This document shows, piece after piece, positions 61,391 through 64,000 of a DNA stretch of 64,000 nt. The stretch lies in the NCBI RefSeq assembly GCF_009914755.1, contig NC_060932.1. One strand, 5' to 3'. A program made the translations under genes and the position numbers. Every line of letters starts with the position of its first letter. Position 1 is the stretch's first letter. The notes beneath the pieces are model-generated. The model was not told where the DNA came from. It did not search any database and saw only the letters and a list, made by a program, of their open reading frames with translations. Source of the stretch: the human T2T-CHM13v2.0 reference genome, Homo sapiens.

Positions 61391-62049
61391 TCTGGTTTAG
61401 AAGAGAGAGGCATAATAAAGATTAAATTATCTGTTATACTAAAATGTATGGAAAATATTTCAGCCTAAGCTATACTGTTTGAGCTTTCCTCCAACAGAAA
61501 GTAACAAAAATGATAGTAGCTATTTCTTGCTTATTTCACCACTTCTTATCTTTGGTCAATTTGGAGTGTCTCAGTATCCACAAGGAGACTTCCTTGTAAG
61601 CTGGTGTACTACAACCTGGGAGCACTTCTAGCAGTTCTTGAGGGCTGCTTTCTCAGTACTAAAGCTTCCTGATGAATGAATGAATACAAGAGGGCAGTGC
61701 TGCTAATATACTATTAATATGATCTTATATTCACATGTTATTCACAGGAAACTCAGGTTATAAATGTGATGCATAGAGCCAAGTTTTTTCCAAACCTACA
61801 AATACTAAATGACTTCCCCAAATTCACCCTAAAATAAGTGATAAGCCGAGATTCCAATTCTCCTGAGCATAGTCTTTCCACTGTTCTATCCCATCCAGTT
61901 GACCACAGACCATTTTTCGAGAAGTGCTTCATTGCTCTGATTATCTGTATTCCCTCATTTACTAGAATAAAAATGAGTTAATCATTGTTGCATTCCCGAG
62001 CACTAACTGAGTAGAAACCACATCAAAAGTAACCAAACGTATTGAGCAA

Positions 62050-62550
62050 GATATTTTGGTTACCTGTGACAGGAACCCAACTCAAATGGGCTCAAGCATA
62101 ACAAGGAATATATTGATTTATAAATGTGAAAATCCCAAACACTGAGCTTGCTTCAGAAAGCACAGAGGGATTCATGCTCCAATCATGAAATCAGTATTCT
62201 GCCTCTCGCCATTGCTAATTTCTACTTTCCTGTATATCAGCATCCTTCTCAGTTAAGCATTTGCCAAGGGGTGCAAAGATGACCACCCACACCAGGCTTC
62301 CAACCAGCCAGCTTAGCACCCCAAGAGAGAGAAAGTATGTTCCTCGCAGTGGTTCTAGGAAAAGTCCCGAGACCGGGTCTTACAGGTCTAGATTGAGTCA
62401 TGCACCCATCATTGAACACTTACTGGGGTCAGGGGCATGTGGTTCTGATTGGCCCAGCTTGAGTCATATCCCACTTCTATAGTGAGAGGGGGAGACAGGA
62501 GGCCACAGGCACTAGGAATACCAACAAAGAAATGCTGGCTGTTTCCTACA
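62050..62550 (-). mobile_element. Old MLT1 (MLT1J/K-type) LTR
   Basis: 'gtgacaggaacccaactcaaatgggctcaagca' and 'tctgattggcccagcttgagtcat'. Confidence 0.65.
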
Positions 62551-63005
62551 CTTGTGCTGGTATCAAAAGAATCTATGCTGGTCGGTCAACCAGATATCAT
62601 TTACCCTAATGAGCCATACTAAGCAGAGCATGATTTATTCCAAGATATGTCAGGAAAGATGAGAAACAAAAATCCAGCATCATTCTTTATAATCCCATAC
62701 CATGATGATAAATTAATCATACTGATGAGTAGGCCCCTTTCTTTACCTAGCTAATGCCTATGAATTCTTTGGCTCTCAACTCAGCTGTCAGCTCCTCTGA
62801 CAGGTCTTCTCTAACCCCAACTCTCCCACAGACTGTGTGAGGAGCCCATATGGTAACTTGTGCTTTCTCATTCAACACATTGTAACACTATGAACTCTCT
62901 ATTTATGTCATTCATGCTACTCTTTGAGAGAAGGGCTGTGGATTTTATGACATAGCTCTAGTACCTGCCATAATTTCAATACATTTTATATTTTTTAAAA
63001 AAGAA

Positions 63006-63348
<343 letters not shown>

Positions 63349-64000
63349 TCACTGTGCTATGACTTTAGTTCTGCTCATTTTATTGGGAATATCATTTTTC
63401 AAAGCACAAGTATCCAATGAAAATGTAACCTTGTAAACATATTTTATCCCACTTTGTAAGTTTACTCAACACAGCCTGTAACCAGTGTATAGTCAATGGC
63501 ATACTCTGGTCTGAAAACTTCTGCAAATATTTGATAAATATGAATAATGTGAATGGCCAAGGGTCAAACACAGCATAAATATCATAGCAGAGTTTCAGGA
63601 AGGCCCCTCCACCATGAGAAATATTTAACTAAAGGCTGGGAAAATCATAAGTCTCAATGCTTTAAAAGAGTTTCAAACATTAAAAGAAGTAGTTTTATAT
63701 GCAGTGAACTCTGAGTTCCCTTCCAATTCTGATACTCTCATTCTTTGTTTTCAGATCTTATTTGGATGAAATTTGGATAGGTTTGGAATTTCACACATTC
63801 TAAAGAAACGAATCTTGCCCCATTGGAAAGAATGTCATATTCAGATTTATCTCCATTCCATCATGCCAAACCTTGGTTTAAGAGAACTGGAAACCCTGAT
63901 CACCATCCACTAAACACTGGGTAAGATGGAAAGATCTGTTATTGACACCCAGCAGAGAGTTTCTGCCCTCTTGTTTGAGTCTCATTTAAAACTTTGATAT

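Overview
This is primate (human-like) non-coding genomic DNA, intergenic or deep intronic. I found no supportable protein-coding gene, RNA gene, CRISPR array or CpG island. Much of the window is recognisable transposable-element debris. It includes 13 Alus (AluJ/AluS), two young L1PA2-4 3' fragments, older L1MA/L1MB/L1MC/L1PA fragments and solo LTRs (MST, THE1D, MLT1A0, MLT1E, MLT1J/K, LTR8A, LTR27/28, LTR40). It also holds DNA transposons (Tigger3b, Tigger4b, MER2, MER20, probable MARNA), MIR/L2 remnants and microsatellites. The two longest ORFs are the broken C-terminal part of L1 ORF2p; the rest are Alu-derived or chance ORFs. I do not see a new biological system. The best observation is a ~2.1 kb L1PA3-like insertion (13355-15445) that combines a twin-priming 5' inversion with a probable 33-bp 3' transduction, all inside one 13-bp TSD. 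Weaker leads are a CpG-retaining, motif-dense unique segment (~9450-9780) and a few exon-like segments with paired splice signals. Repeat subfamily names come from my recall of consensus sequences, not from a database search.
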